Source: Candidatus Woesearchaeota archaeon (lineage in GTDB: Archaea; Nanobdellota; Nanobdellia; Pacearchaeales; GW2011-AR1). From it: a DNA stretch of 64,000 bases. The position numbers and the translations under genes are program-made. Position 1 is the first letter of the stretch, and each line of letters begins with the position of its first letter. Below, one piece after another: positions 53,701-62,558 of the stretch. Below the pieces are notes generated by a model. That model searched no databases and was not told the DNA's origin. It saw only the letters and a list, made by a program, of their open reading frames with translations. The DNA lies in contig CAZTFL010000001.1 in assembly GCA_964612895.1 (NCBI GenBank), positions 510,223 through 574,222 of the forward strand, read 5' to 3'.

Positions 53701-56155
53701 ATCTGATGAAAAGGTAGATGAATGGGTTGATACTTGGGTTGAACCTCCTAATCCCGCTTTGAAGCCACCTAGGGGTCATTTTATTTTTCCATTGCTTCCT
53801 TTTGTAAGTGGACAAGTGGTTTATGGTAATGGCGGAGAGAATATTGGTGGTATAGCTGGTTTAAGTTCCGGAAATATAGATTCTTGTTATGTTGAAAGTG
53901 GAAGTCGAATATTAAATACTGAAGATGCTTCAGGGATTCAGATTTATACAAATGTTGGTGGGATTGTTGGAAGAATGGAGGGTGGAAAAGTATCAAATTC
54001 TTATTTTATGGGAAAAGTTGGGAAAAAAACTAGTATGATTCAAGAAATTGGTGGAATTGCTGGCGAAGTATTAAACGGACAGATATTAAATTCTTATGTA
54101 GGAAGAGTCGATATAGAATCTAGATCTACCATGGGTGGAATTACGGGAGTTGTAAACCCAGGAGATATAAAAAATAGTTTTATGGATTCAATTTATTTGG
54201 AATCTACAGAATGGCCTTCAGGTATAGTAATTGGATGTATTTCTGGGAAGAGATTTGGTAGTGGAATATTCGAAAGTGTTTATTATAAATCAGATTGCGC
54301 AGTATTGGATGGATTTACTTGGATTTGGTGTTCAAATTGTAAAGTAATTAATTACGCAGTTGAGGATGGATCTGACAGTGGAGCGAATACTCTTGGGACA
54401 ATACAAGTAACTGGAGCTGTAGACACTAGTATTAATTTGTTTTCAACTTGGGATTTTAGTAATGTTTGGAAAAAAACAGATTCTTATCCTAAACTAAGAT
54501 GGGAAAATGTTATTAATAAAGTTAATATTGATATTTCTGCTTTATGTCAAGGACGTCAATGTGGTTGGTACAATGGAGTTAATTGTGGATACTGTAATCA
54601 GGACCAAGAGTGTTCTGATGGAAATATGTGTATCAAAGGAAGTAATTCTAATATTAAGATTGGTTTTATGGAACCTACTCCGGAAAATTTAGTCGCTACC
54701 GAGAATAAAAATTTAAATATAAAAGCTTTTATTAATACATCCTCTTTGGAGAGTATCAACTTTACATTTAATGGAATAAAGAATTTTGTTAATTTTTCAA
54801 ATCTATTTTTTGAAATGAATTTTGATGGCAATTTGATAGATAAAATAGGTGGTTCATATTTAACAAATCATGGAACTACATTTGTTGATGGTAAGAATGG
54901 AAAAGCAATTGAGTTAGATGGTATAGAAGATTATATTGAAGGAGATTTATATAGTTCACAATTGAATAATATTGCAGGAAGTATTTCTATATCAGCTTGG
55001 GTTTATGTGGATTCATATAAAAATTGGGCTGGTATATTTACAAAAGGTATTGAAAAAAGTCAATATGCCTTACAATTAGATAAAGATTCTGGAAGTAAAA
55101 TACAATTTACTGGAGATTATACATTAGGACAATATGTTATATCTGACGGTTCTTTATCTATAGGAACTTGGAATCATGTCGTAGTTGTATATTCAGCTAA
55201 TAAAAATGTTAAAATTTATATAAATGGAATAAAAGACAAAGAACAAGAAATAAATTGGGCTATTATTCCTAATGATGAACAGTTTACAATTGGTGTTGAT
55301 AAACCAGGTAGTGATGAATATTTTGATGGAAAAATAGACGATTTAATGATATTTTATAATTTATTGGATGAACAAAGTGTTAAATTTTTATATGAATCAA
55401 AGATAAAGATGATTTCAGGTGAAAATTGGATATTTGAGAAAACAATAAATAATTTAAATTATAGTGATAAAAATGGATATCCATTTAGTATTTATGCAAA
55501 AGATTCAATTCCATCAGAAGCTCAAGAGCAAAGAATTGTTTATATTGTTCCAGATGCAAGTCCTTTAGTTAATATAACCGAAACATATAGTGATAAGAAT
55601 ATTAAACATTTTAATATAACAAACATTGGAAATATTAATATTGTATATAATGATATTGAAATTCTTTCTGATAATGAAGATTTGAAAGTTGTTGTTTCTA
55701 ATGAGATAATTTCTTCTTCAGTTAAAGATGAATTAAATCCTTCTGTTTTAAGGAATGGAGATAGTGTTGAGATAGAATTAACATTTAATTACAAAGAAAA
55801 AGAATCAAAAAAAGATTATTTATTTAATAAATACGATTCTTTAATTGTACAAGAGGATAAAAGAACTATAAATATGCTATATTCTAATGTTTATCTAGAT
55901 TTTAGATTAAATGAAGAAACTTTTGCAAGAAAAAATATAAATTTGGCTTATCAAATATCTTGTCCTGAAGAAGATTCAGATATTAATTATATTTTATTAG
56001 ATAAGAAGTATTCTTGTGTTTGTAGGGCATTTTGTGAAGAAGGAAAAATTTGTCCATGTATAGAAATGTCTCCATCAACTGCAGTTCATGTTTTAAGTGA
56101 TGGTTCTTTTGTTAGAATATTTTTTGATGCAAGAAGAACGAGGTCTATATTTTAA
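50702..56155 (+). CDS. Giant (1817 aa) secreted surface protein with GLUG-like beta-helix repeats and a LamG domain
   Basis: Signal peptide. Repeats NVGGIVGMLKSGASVINCSF, NIGGIAGLSSGNIDSCYV, NVGGIVGRMEGGKVSNSYF, EIGGIAGEVLNGQILNSYV. LamG-type KAIELDGIEDYIEG...GKIDDLMIFYNLLDEQSVKFLY. Confidence 0.7.
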   Translation: MDKKVVCSLLLFCFLFVFVSSLDERMTYSVIDAKSSKFQASWTIAKNCGSECQPSDANNFIPYNSVELDKIKSYNVGISRNWYDVIGNSDWSSSLNMANYRNANYNGEPDAGKYSNVFVKYQFDINDIGSDFDKLFIIGNFKDDPSYTNYGPQVYFLKNNNWVVSDGYSNDYFKTINKMDLNDFKDTDGKINMLIRADLRYTKPSSSCAFVYSYDGEEYIPEFAIADSSAHKLWESESYGLLPSIKNINGKYTLAILEKVLETQYIDDFKLLRVIHPDNSWVIPSRLGSLNLFNEKILPISVYDSLGNSYLFEMNDNDSESFWITEGEKINELNEDNLTFKFDLSGYEEDNFNLAFNIKESGRLSNVWIDIVTAVEGYNKKGYSILNKNLGLFYEITDWILRRAPVSIYQKKSDGSYELIESFISGNTEFFHTFSVNFEKDSDSIEIVFSVPPGIYQIDNVYLSRDSNSKIKVIELNPKVISNNKNISNSEIQNKISKEDWNYFNLSYDENVVLEFYSGQELKEGESESILVKTNAYSETYSKNDDNSSFDGKNLGFVYNMLNSESGYDKEYLFNEYGSIIPYSKHIDSTNNISHNTFWDDYVGLIIPTKGFYNFIYKQVDGTGDISIYTTYTYKGDYSLCSSQFSCVYNGICYETGSVKDSDGDKKNDMYCDRGIWKDRDLSQSFCEVKKDIAVWNILGNADDKNACCGDDSNNENLITSRYLGGIFLSCCKNPTDCTYNGVCYNKEEKTPDGYFKCVDGSKWEFTAGNIMGTGTLSNPYIIYDCNQLNSIGKSSYLTLSSHYTLNNSINCNSVNFFPIGNSLMPFIGSLNGNGYSIENLNISADSTINSGLFGVMGAGAVVKNVHVVNANIVGYKNVGGIVGMLKSGASVINCSFNGIITAKYLYEDGSGTVIEREVVSESGSSGSSYFDTHLYFWESEESGCKRTGGSYVGGTCYDGCNYEVGDKCYSSCPYEYDNKCYEKEWEYKVDDTYYNDDDLSDEKVDEWVDTWVEPPNPALKPPRGHFIFPLLPFVSGQVVYGNGGENIGGIAGLSSGNIDSCYVESGSRILNTEDASGIQIYTNVGGIVGRMEGGKVSNSYFMGKVGKKTSMIQEIGGIAGEVLNGQILNSYVGRVDIESRSTMGGITGVVNPGDIKNSFMDSIYLESTEWPSGIVIGCISGKRFGSGIFESVYYKSDCAVLDGFTWIWCSNCKVINYAVEDGSDSGANTLGTIQVTGAVDTSINLFSTWDFSNVWKKTDSYPKLRWENVINKVNIDISALCQGRQCGWYNGVNCGYCNQDQECSDGNMCIKGSNSNIKIGFMEPTPENLVATENKNLNIKAFINTSSLESINFTFNGIKNFVNFSNLFFEMNFDGNLIDKIGGSYLTNHGTTFVDGKNGKAIELDGIEDYIEGDLYSSQLNNIAGSISISAWVYVDSYKNWAGIFTKGIEKSQYALQLDKDSGSKIQFTGDYTLGQYVISDGSLSIGTWNHVVVVYSANKNVKIYINGIKDKEQEINWAIIPNDEQFTIGVDKPGSDEYFDGKIDDLMIFYNLLDEQSVKFLYESKIKMISGENWIFEKTINNLNYSDKNGYPFSIYAKDSIPSEAQEQRIVYIVPDASPLVNITETYSDKNIKHFNITNIGNINIVYNDIEILSDNEDLKVVVSNEIISSSVKDELNPSVLRNGDSVEIELTFNYKEKESKKDYLFNKYDSLIVQEDKRTINMLYSNVYLDFRLNEETFARKNINLAYQISCPEEDSDINYILLDKKYSCVCRAFCEEGKICPCIEMSPSTAVHVLSDGSFVRIFFDARRTRSIF

Positions 56156-56215
56156 TGATTATTAAAATTTATAAAGTTAAATTTATACAAATAAATAAGG
56201 TGATTCATGGATAAA
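56111..56215 (+). repeat. 105-nt block, copy 2
   Basis: See 50606-50710. Confidence 0.9.
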
Positions 56216-57127
56216 AGATATAGCTTTGTTTTTTTTATATTCTTATTTCTAATGCAGCTTTGTTATTCTATTGAATATACATGGACATTAACAAATGGTA
56301 TTGTTTTAAGTAATTCTGATAATTTTAATAAAATTTTTTCTTTACCAGGAAAATATATTTTAATTTTAATTGCATCTATTCCAGAAATAGGATTACAATC
56401 TTCTAGAGATACTACTTTTTATGTTGCATATGATGGGAAGCCATACTGCGTTGACGGTAATAATTGGCTAATTTCTAATGATATAGAAAATCCTATATTA
56501 TCATCTAATAATCATTGTTATTTCCCAGATGGATTTAATAGAATTTATTGTTGTGGTATGGGAAAATTTTGCGATACAAGTAAAGATTCTAATGGAATAT
56601 GTAGTGATTTAATTAATTCTGAGTATATTAGTTGTGTAGATTATAAAACATCTGAGTCTTGTAATAATGATAATTATGGAATTGCAGAATATAGTATAGA
56701 ACAAAAAGTTGGAAACGAAAACTTCTGTGGAAGTATTATAAATATTACTACAGATGGAGATCTTGTTTATGGTACTGGATGTTCTTGTTTTTGGAATAAC
56801 GAAGAAGGAATTTGTATATCTAAATGGAATGAATCTGTTTACAATTCTACAGATGGGAGCATAACATCTTCAGGTTCTTGTTCGTTAAGTACAACAAAAA
56901 TAATTGGTGATTGCAGTAAGGATGAATACAGAATAGAATATCTTAGTGGAAATTGGACGGGGAATTCTCCAAGACCGTCTACATGTCCTATATTTTCAGA
57001 AAGAAGAATTCCATGTGGAGGAGTTGTTTCTTTGGATTTTTTTAGTTGGTATTCTTTTTTAATTGCATTTATTTTAATTTTTATAGTATATTTTATATTT
57101 TTTTTAAGAAAAAAGAAAAATAAATAA
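56207..57127 (+). CDS. Cys-rich secreted protein with a C-terminal TM anchor
   Basis: Signal peptide, many Cys, C-terminal FSWYSFLIAFILIFIVYFIFFLRKKKNK. Confidence 0.55.
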   Translation: MDKRYSFVFFIFLFLMQLCYSIEYTWTLTNGIVLSNSDNFNKIFSLPGKYILILIASIPEIGLQSSRDTTFYVAYDGKPYCVDGNNWLISNDIENPILSSNNHCYFPDGFNRIYCCGMGKFCDTSKDSNGICSDLINSEYISCVDYKTSESCNNDNYGIAEYSIEQKVGNENFCGSIINITTDGDLVYGTGCSCFWNNEEGICISKWNESVYNSTDGSITSSGSCSLSTTKIIGDCSKDEYRIEYLSGNWTGNSPRPSTCPIFSERRIPCGGVVSLDFFSWYSFLIAFILIFIVYFIFFLRKKKNK

Positions 57128-57166
57128 TATGACAAGTTTTAAAAAAGATTATTTGTTTAGTTATTC

Positions 57167-57880
57167 ATGGAATATAATGAAGGCGATTTAGTTTTGTGTA
57201 CAGTTGAAGATGTTAATAATACAATGACTAGTGTTATTTTGGAAGATGGCACAAAAGGGACAATTATTTCTTCTGAAATTGCCTCTGGTAGAATAAAATA
57301 TATGAGAATGTATGTTGTTCCTAATAAAAAAATAGTCTGCAAAGTATTAGGAAGAAGTGGAAATTTTCTTAATTTATCATTAAGAAGGGTTAATGCAAAA
57401 GAAAAACAAGATATTATGAAAGAATATAAACAAAAACTTTCAGTAGAATCGGCATTTAAACAAATATTAAAAGATAATTATGAAAATATAAAAAACAACA
57501 TAAATGCAGATTTCGGAAGTCTATTAAATTTTATTGATAAAGCTAGTTTAGATGAAAAAATATTTGTTAAATACATCCCTGAAGATTATGTAGAAAATAT
57601 AAAAAAAATTAATGATAAAAGACAAAAGCAAGTCGAAGTTAAATATAGTATATCAATAAGTTGTTTAGAATCAGATGGTATTTCTAGAATTAAGAATGTT
57701 TTAGAAAATTCAAATACTAATTTAAAAGTAACTTACATATCTGCAGGTAATTTTATATTAAGATATGTTGCCGATAATTTTAAACAGGCAAAACAAGATA
57801 TATTATCTATTATAGAAAATATTAAAGAAAAAGCTAAATTGAATAATTGTTCATTTGATTTCAAAGAAGAAAAAAAATAA
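57167..57880 (+). CDS. eif2a: Translation initiation factor aIF2 alpha subunit
   Basis: S1 domain EGDLVLCTVEDV...GTIISSEIASGRIKYMRMYVVPNKKIVCKVLG...LNLSLRRV; followed by nop10, as in many archaea. Confidence 0.75.
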   Translation: MEYNEGDLVLCTVEDVNNTMTSVILEDGTKGTIISSEIASGRIKYMRMYVVPNKKIVCKVLGRSGNFLNLSLRRVNAKEKQDIMKEYKQKLSVESAFKQILKDNYENIKNNINADFGSLLNFIDKASLDEKIFVKYIPEDYVENIKKINDKRQKQVEVKYSISISCLESDGISRIKNVLENSNTNLKVTYISAGNFILRYVADNFKQAKQDILSIIENIKEKAKLNNCSFDFKEEKK

Positions 57881-58047
57881 TGGGTATTAAAATTTGTTCT
57901 ATATGCAAAACATATAATTTAACTGATAAATGTAGAAAATGTGGAAATATTTGCTTAGATGTAGGATACAAATTTAAAAGAATAAAAGATGCTCCAAAAG
58001 ATTCGGCTAAATATTTTTTAAATAAAAGAAATGCAGAGAATAATTGA
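57880..58047 (+). CDS. nop10: H/ACA RNP protein Nop10 (Zn ribbon)
   Basis: Hand translation: MGIKICSICKTYNLTDKCRKCGNICLDVGYKFKRIKDAPKDSAKYFLNKRNAENN. TAATG overlap with aIF2alpha and conserved synteny. Below the ORF-track cutoff. Confidence 0.6.
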   Translation: MGIKICSICKTYNLTDKCRKCGNICLDVGYKFKRIKDAPKDSAKYFLNKRNAENN

Positions 58048-58144
58048 TTTTGATAAATTCTAAGAAATAGTTTGTATTTTGAACTTAGTGATATTTTAAC
58101 AATATGATATAAATACTTATAAATGATTTTTGTTTAAAAGAAAT

Positions 58145-59173
58145 ATGGGTGAATATTATAATTCTGAGGTATGGACTGAAAAATATAGACCTAAAAAATT
58201 TGATGATATAGTAGGACAAATTGAGATTGTTAAAAGAGTTAAATCTTTAGTGTTGTCCAATAATATTCCTCATTTATTATTTGCGGGTCCTGCTGGTACT
58301 GGTAAATCTACTTTAGCTTTAATTGTTGTTAAAGAATTATTCTCCGATTCTTGGAGAGAAAATTATTTAGAGCTCAATGCTAGTGATGAAAGAGGAATTG
58401 ATGTTGTTAGACAGAAAGTAAAAGATTTTGCTAGAACAAAAGCATTGGGAGATGTTCCATTTAAAGTTATTTTCTTAGATGAAGCAGATGCTTTAACTAG
58501 AGAGGCCCAACAAGCTTTGAGAAGAACAATGGAAAATTATACTTCAACTTGTAGATTTATACTTTCTTGTAATTATTCTTCAAAGATTTTAGATCCAATT
58601 CAATCTCGTTGTGTTGTTTTTAGGTTTCAACTTCTTGAGAAAAAAGATATTAAAAGATTGGTTGATAGAATTTGTGAAAGAGAAGGATTGACTATTCCTG
58701 CAGATGGTTTTGATGCTTTATATGAATCTAGTGAGGGTGATTGTCGTAGAGTTATTAATTTATTGCAAGCAACTTCTTCTATAAGTTCTGATATAAGCGC
58801 AGACTTAATTAATACTATAGTTTCAAAAGCAAAGCCATCAGATGTAAAAATTGTTTTAGATTATGCTTTGTCTGGTGATTTTTTAGCAAGTCGTGATAAA
58901 TTATTAAATATTATGTTAAGAGAAAGTATTAGTGGTTCTGATATAATTAAAGCAATCCAAAAAGAGATTTGGAATTTGAATATTGATAATTATTTAAAAG
59001 TAAAATTAACGGAAAAAACTGGAGAGATAGAATTCCGTTTGGTTGAGGGTAGTGATGAATTTATACAATTAGAAGCACTTTTGGCTTATTTTATTTTAGC
59101 AGGAGAGGGAAAGTTTTTAGATAATGGTGATGTTAGAAATGTAAGAGAAGAAAGAACAAATAGGGGGTATTAA
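58145..59173 (+). CDS. rfcS: Replication factor C small subunit
   Basis: WTEKYRPKKFDDIVGQ, GPAGTGKST, FLDEADALT, SCNYSSKILDPIQSRC, SEGDCRR. The start is set at MGEYYN. Confidence 0.9.
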   Translation: MGEYYNSEVWTEKYRPKKFDDIVGQIEIVKRVKSLVLSNNIPHLLFAGPAGTGKSTLALIVVKELFSDSWRENYLELNASDERGIDVVRQKVKDFARTKALGDVPFKVIFLDEADALTREAQQALRRTMENYTSTCRFILSCNYSSKILDPIQSRCVVFRFQLLEKKDIKRLVDRICEREGLTIPADGFDALYESSEGDCRRVINLLQATSSISSDISADLINTIVSKAKPSDVKIVLDYALSGDFLASRDKLLNIMLRESISGSDIIKAIQKEIWNLNIDNYLKVKLTEKTGEIEFRLVEGSDEFIQLEALLAYFILAGEGKFLDNGDVRNVREERTNRGY

Positions 59174-59176
59174 TCT

Positions 59177-60373
59177 ATGATTGGAGATAATATTCCATGG
59201 ATTGAAAAATATAGAGCTAATAATTTTTTAGATATAAAGGGTCAGGATTTGGCTATTTCAAAAGTTAAATTATTCTTACGGAATTTCCCTGTAAAGAAAT
59301 CTTTAATTTTACATGGTTCACCTGGGGTTGGGAAAACAAGTCTTGCCTATGCGATTGCTTTTGAGAGTGATTCAGAGGTTCTTGAATTAAATGCTAGTGA
59401 TTTAAGAGATAAGAAAAAGATATCAGAAATTATTGGTCCTGCTATTGCTCAGAGAAGTTTATTTAATAAAAATAAAATAATTTTAGTTGATGAAGTCGAT
59501 GGTATTAGTGCAAGAAAAGATTTTGGTGGACTAACGGAATTGTTAGGTTTAATAGAAAAGAGCGCATTTCCTATAATTATCACTGCTAATAATATTTGGG
59601 ATAAAAAATTTAACATTCTTAGAAATAAATCTGAAATGATTCAATTAAAAGATATCGATTATAAGGTTATTGTAGATGTTTTAAGCGATGTATCAAATAA
59701 AGAAAATCTAAAAGTATCTTCTGATATTTTAACTTCTATAGCTGTTAAGTCTAATGGAGATTTAAGGGGGGCTTTGAATGATTTACAAACTATTTCTAAA
59801 TCTGAAACAATAAATTCTTTTAATGAAATTTCTCAAAGAAATAAAGAAAAGACTATATTTCAAGCATTGCAGTATGTTTTCAAAAATTCAAAAATAAATG
59901 AAGATATGGTTGAAGTTTATGATGATGTAAATTTAACAATAGATGATGTTTTTTTGTGGGTTGAAGAAAATATCCCATTAGAATATCAAAAAGAAGATTT
60001 GGCCAGAGCTTATGAAGCTTTATCAATTGCTGATGTTTTTAGAGGACGTATATACAGAAAACAACATTGGAGGTTTATGGTCTATGAATATTTTTTATTA
60101 GGTGCTGGAATAGCTGCTTCTAAGAGTAGTGTTAGGAGTGAATTTGTTAATTATAAAAAACCAAGTAGAATTTTGAAAATTTGGTTGAATAATCAAAGAA
60201 TTATGAAAAAAAGAAGTATTTGTGCAAAATTTTCCAAGAATTATCATATTTCAAATAAAAAAGCGATGTCAGATTTTATGTTACTTAAAACAATTCTAAA
60301 AAACAAGAATGTTCAAAAAGAAATGAAGTTAACTCAAGAAGAAATTGATTACATAAATGAAGTAAACCAATAA
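59177..60373 (+). CDS. rfcL: Replication factor C large subunit
   Basis: WIEKYRANNFLDIKGQ, HGSPGVGKTS, LVDEVDG, SNGDLRGALNDLQ. Confidence 0.85.
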   Translation: MIGDNIPWIEKYRANNFLDIKGQDLAISKVKLFLRNFPVKKSLILHGSPGVGKTSLAYAIAFESDSEVLELNASDLRDKKKISEIIGPAIAQRSLFNKNKIILVDEVDGISARKDFGGLTELLGLIEKSAFPIIITANNIWDKKFNILRNKSEMIQLKDIDYKVIVDVLSDVSNKENLKVSSDILTSIAVKSNGDLRGALNDLQTISKSETINSFNEISQRNKEKTIFQALQYVFKNSKINEDMVEVYDDVNLTIDDVFLWVEENIPLEYQKEDLARAYEALSIADVFRGRIYRKQHWRFMVYEYFLLGAGIAASKSSVRSEFVNYKKPSRILKIWLNNQRIMKKRSICAKFSKNYHISNKKAMSDFMLLKTILKNKNVQKEMKLTQEEIDYINEVNQ

Positions 60374-60416
60374 TTTTAAAAATAAATATATTATAATTTA
60401 GACACAGGAGGCTATT

Positions 60417-60551
60417 ATGGTTGAGAATATATGTATTTTTCCAAAATGTCTAGTTTGTAATGAGGGATATTTATTACCTTTTTCTTATAAAGAGGATGTT
60501 TTTGAAAAATGGAAGTGTTCGAAATGTGGAAATACTATACAAAAAAAGTAA
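60417..60551 (+). CDS. Small Zn-ribbon protein (44 aa)
   Basis: Hand translation: MVENICIFPKCLVCNEGYLLPFSYKEDVFEKWKCSKCGNTIQKK. AGGAGG at 60406-60411 lies 5 nt upstream of the ATG. Confidence 0.45.
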   Translation: MVENICIFPKCLVCNEGYLLPFSYKEDVFEKWKCSKCGNTIQKK

Positions 60552-60594
60552 AGTTACCAATAAATTTATAAATAGATTTTTTGTTTGTTTAATA

Positions 60595-60622
60595 CCTATG
60601 ATTGGTCCATTGGACTATGAGG
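60595..60622 (+). promoter_or_regulatory. Predicted kink-turn hairpin in the L7Ae 5' leader
   Basis: CC-UAU-GA-UUGGUCC-AUU-GGACUAU-GA-GG: C stem (CC/GG), 3-nt bulge, tandem G.A/A.G, U.U, then a 6-bp stem and triloop. It ends 39 nt upstream of the L7Ae ATG. Confidence 0.5.
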
Positions 60623-60660
60623 ACTTAGGTTCTCTTTGGTAACTAAATTAAGAAGAAAAA

Positions 60661-60948
60661 ATGGAAAACGCATATAATATTGTTGAAAAAGTAAGAAAGA
60701 CTGGAAAGCTCGATAAGGGTGTTAACGAGGTTACAAAAGCGGTTGAACGAGGAATTGCTAAGATTGTTTTTGTTGCAAAAGATGTAGACCCTAGGGAATT
60801 GACTCAACATTTACCTATAATCTGTAAAGAAAAGGGAATTAAATTTATTGAAGTTGATTCAAAAGAAAAGTTGGGTATTTCAGCTGGTATTAATAGATCT
60901 ACTGCTGCTGTTGCTGTTATTGAAGCTGGCGAAGCAAATATAGATTAA
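60661..60948 (+). CDS. rpl7ae: 50S ribosomal protein L7Ae (K-turn binding protein)
   Basis: KGVNEVTKAVERGIAKIVFVAKDVDP...LPIICKEKGIKFIEV; conserved L7Ae-S28e-L24e order. Confidence 0.9.
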   Translation: MENAYNIVEKVRKTGKLDKGVNEVTKAVERGIAKIVFVAKDVDPRELTQHLPIICKEKGIKFIEVDSKEKLGISAGINRSTAAVAVIEAGEANID

Positions 60949-60979
60949 TTAATTTATATATCTTTCAACAAAGAACATA

Positions 60980-61297
60980 GTGAAGATGGTAAAAACGCAA
61001 AAGGTGTCTCAACAAAAGAATGTACAACAAAAAAGTAGTGGAGCTTCTAAGGGAAGTGATAGACTTATTGAAGAGGGACCAGTTCCTGCAATAGTTGAGG
61101 CTTGTTTAGGAAGATCTGGAACTCGTGGTGAAATAACCCAAGTTAAGGTTAGAATTCTACAAGGAAAAAATAAAGGTAAAACTATGAGAAGAAATGTTCG
61201 TGGTCCAATAGATAAAAGAGATATCTTAATGTTGAGAGAAACTGAAATTGAAGCAAGAAGAGTTATGAAGAAAATAAGAAAGGGAGGACAAAGTTAA
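60980..61297 (+). CDS. rps28e: 30S ribosomal protein S28e with an N-terminal extension of about 30 aa
   Basis: PAIVEACLGRSGTRGEITQVKVRILQG...RNVRGPIDKRDILMLRETEIEARR. Start is GTG 60980 or ATG 60986; there is no Met nearer the core. Confidence 0.85.
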   Translation: MKMVKTQKVSQQKNVQQKSSGASKGSDRLIEEGPVPAIVEACLGRSGTRGEITQVKVRILQGKNKGKTMRRNVRGPIDKRDILMLRETEIEARRVMKKIRKGGQS

Positions 61298-61298
61298 A

Positions 61299-61508
61299 AT
61301 GCCTGTTTGTTGGTTTTGTAAAGAGAATTATGAATTTCCTAATGGTATTTCTGTAGTTCAAAAAGAGGGATCTGTAAGATATTTTTGTTCTTCTAAATGT
61401 AGAAAGAATTCTGAAATGGGTAGAAATAATAGAAAAACTGATTGGGTTAGAAAAAGTGCTGTTGCTAAAGAGATAAAAGCGAAGCTTGATAATTCTAAAA
61501 AGAAATGA
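61299..61508 (+). CDS. rpl24e: 50S ribosomal protein L24e
   Basis: CWFCKENYEFPNGISVVQKEGSVRYFCSSKCRKN. Confidence 0.85.
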   Translation: MPVCWFCKENYEFPNGISVVQKEGSVRYFCSSKCRKNSEMGRNNRKTDWVRKSAVAKEIKAKLDNSKKK

Positions 61509-61550
61509 TTTTTTCGGAAATATTATAAACTATATTCTTTTTTTTAAAGT

Positions 61551-62558
61551 ATGGATAATGTCAAATATATTCAGGATATGAAAAAACGTTTTCCCATAAA
61601 GGATGAGTTTTATCTTAGAATGAAAAAATTATTAGGAGAGGAAGTGGATAAATTTTTCGAAATATGTTATACTGAAACACCGGATTCTATAAGGTGTAAT
61701 ACACTAAAAATGAATCCAAAAGATTTGAAAATTCGTCTTGAGAAATATGGTTGGAATGTAAAACAACCTTTTAGTAAATTTCCAGAAATTATGATTATTA
61801 GTGGTAATTCTGCTGGAGAATTAGGGAAGTCTAAAGAACATCTTTTGGGGTATTTTTACGTTCAAGAAATAAGTTCTATGCTTCCTATGTTAATTTTACA
61901 ACCAAAAGAAGGCGATGTTTTATTGGATTTATGTGCAAGTCCAGGAAGTAAAACAACTCAGGCTGCTGCATTAATGAATAATCAAGGAACAATTATTGCA
62001 AATGAGGTTAATATGGGACGAGTAGGAATTTTGTCTAGTAATTTAGAAAGATGTGGAGTTACAAATGTTATTATAACTCGGAAAGATGGAGTTTCATTAT
62101 CAAATAATTTAATTAAAAAAACTAAAATAAAATTCAATAAAATTTTAGTTGATGCTCCTTGTACTGGAGAGGGAACTCTAAGAAAAAGTCCAAAAACTTT
62201 TATTATGTGGAATAAAAAAATGATAGATAAAACAGCCTCCTTACAACGGAAATTAGCATTTAGTGCACTTAAAATTTTAGAGGTTGGAGGAGAAATGATT
62301 TATTCTACTTGTACATTATCTCCAGAAGAAAATGAATTTATTGTAGATTTTTTATATAATAATTTTGATATAGAAATAGAAAAGATTGAATTGCCTTTAA
62401 ATTTTAGATGTGGAGTTTGTGAATGGGAAGGAAGAAAATTAAATGATTCAATAAAAAATTGTTTAAGATTGTATCCACAAGATAATAATACTGACGGATT
62501 TTTTGTTGCTAAAATAAAAAAATTAAGTGATAAATGCTTTTTAGAGGAACGAAAATGA
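61551..62558 (+). CDS. NOL1/NOP2/Sun-family RNA cytosine-C5 methyltransferase
   Basis: VLLDLCASPGSKTT, ILVDAPCTGEGTLRKSP, YSTCTLSPEENE. Confidence 0.85.
   Translation: MDNVKYIQDMKKRFPIKDEFYLRMKKLLGEEVDKFFEICYTETPDSIRCNTLKMNPKDLKIRLEKYGWNVKQPFSKFPEIMIISGNSAGELGKSKEHLLGYFYVQEISSMLPMLILQPKEGDVLLDLCASPGSKTTQAAALMNNQGTIIANEVNMGRVGILSSNLERCGVTNVIITRKDGVSLSNNLIKKTKIKFNKILVDAPCTGEGTLRKSPKTFIMWNKKMIDKTASLQRKLAFSALKILEVGGEMIYSTCTLSPEENEFIVDFLYNNFDIEIEKIELPLNFRCGVCEWEGRKLNDSIKNCLRLYPQDNNTDGFFVAKIKKLSDKCFLEERK

Noticed and set aside
60460-60642. Track ORF 60460-60642 (+).
   Set aside because: It overlaps, out of frame, the better-supported Zn-ribbon ORF (60417-60551, with an AGGAGG RBS) and runs through the predicted K-turn leader. 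Its composition is implausible.
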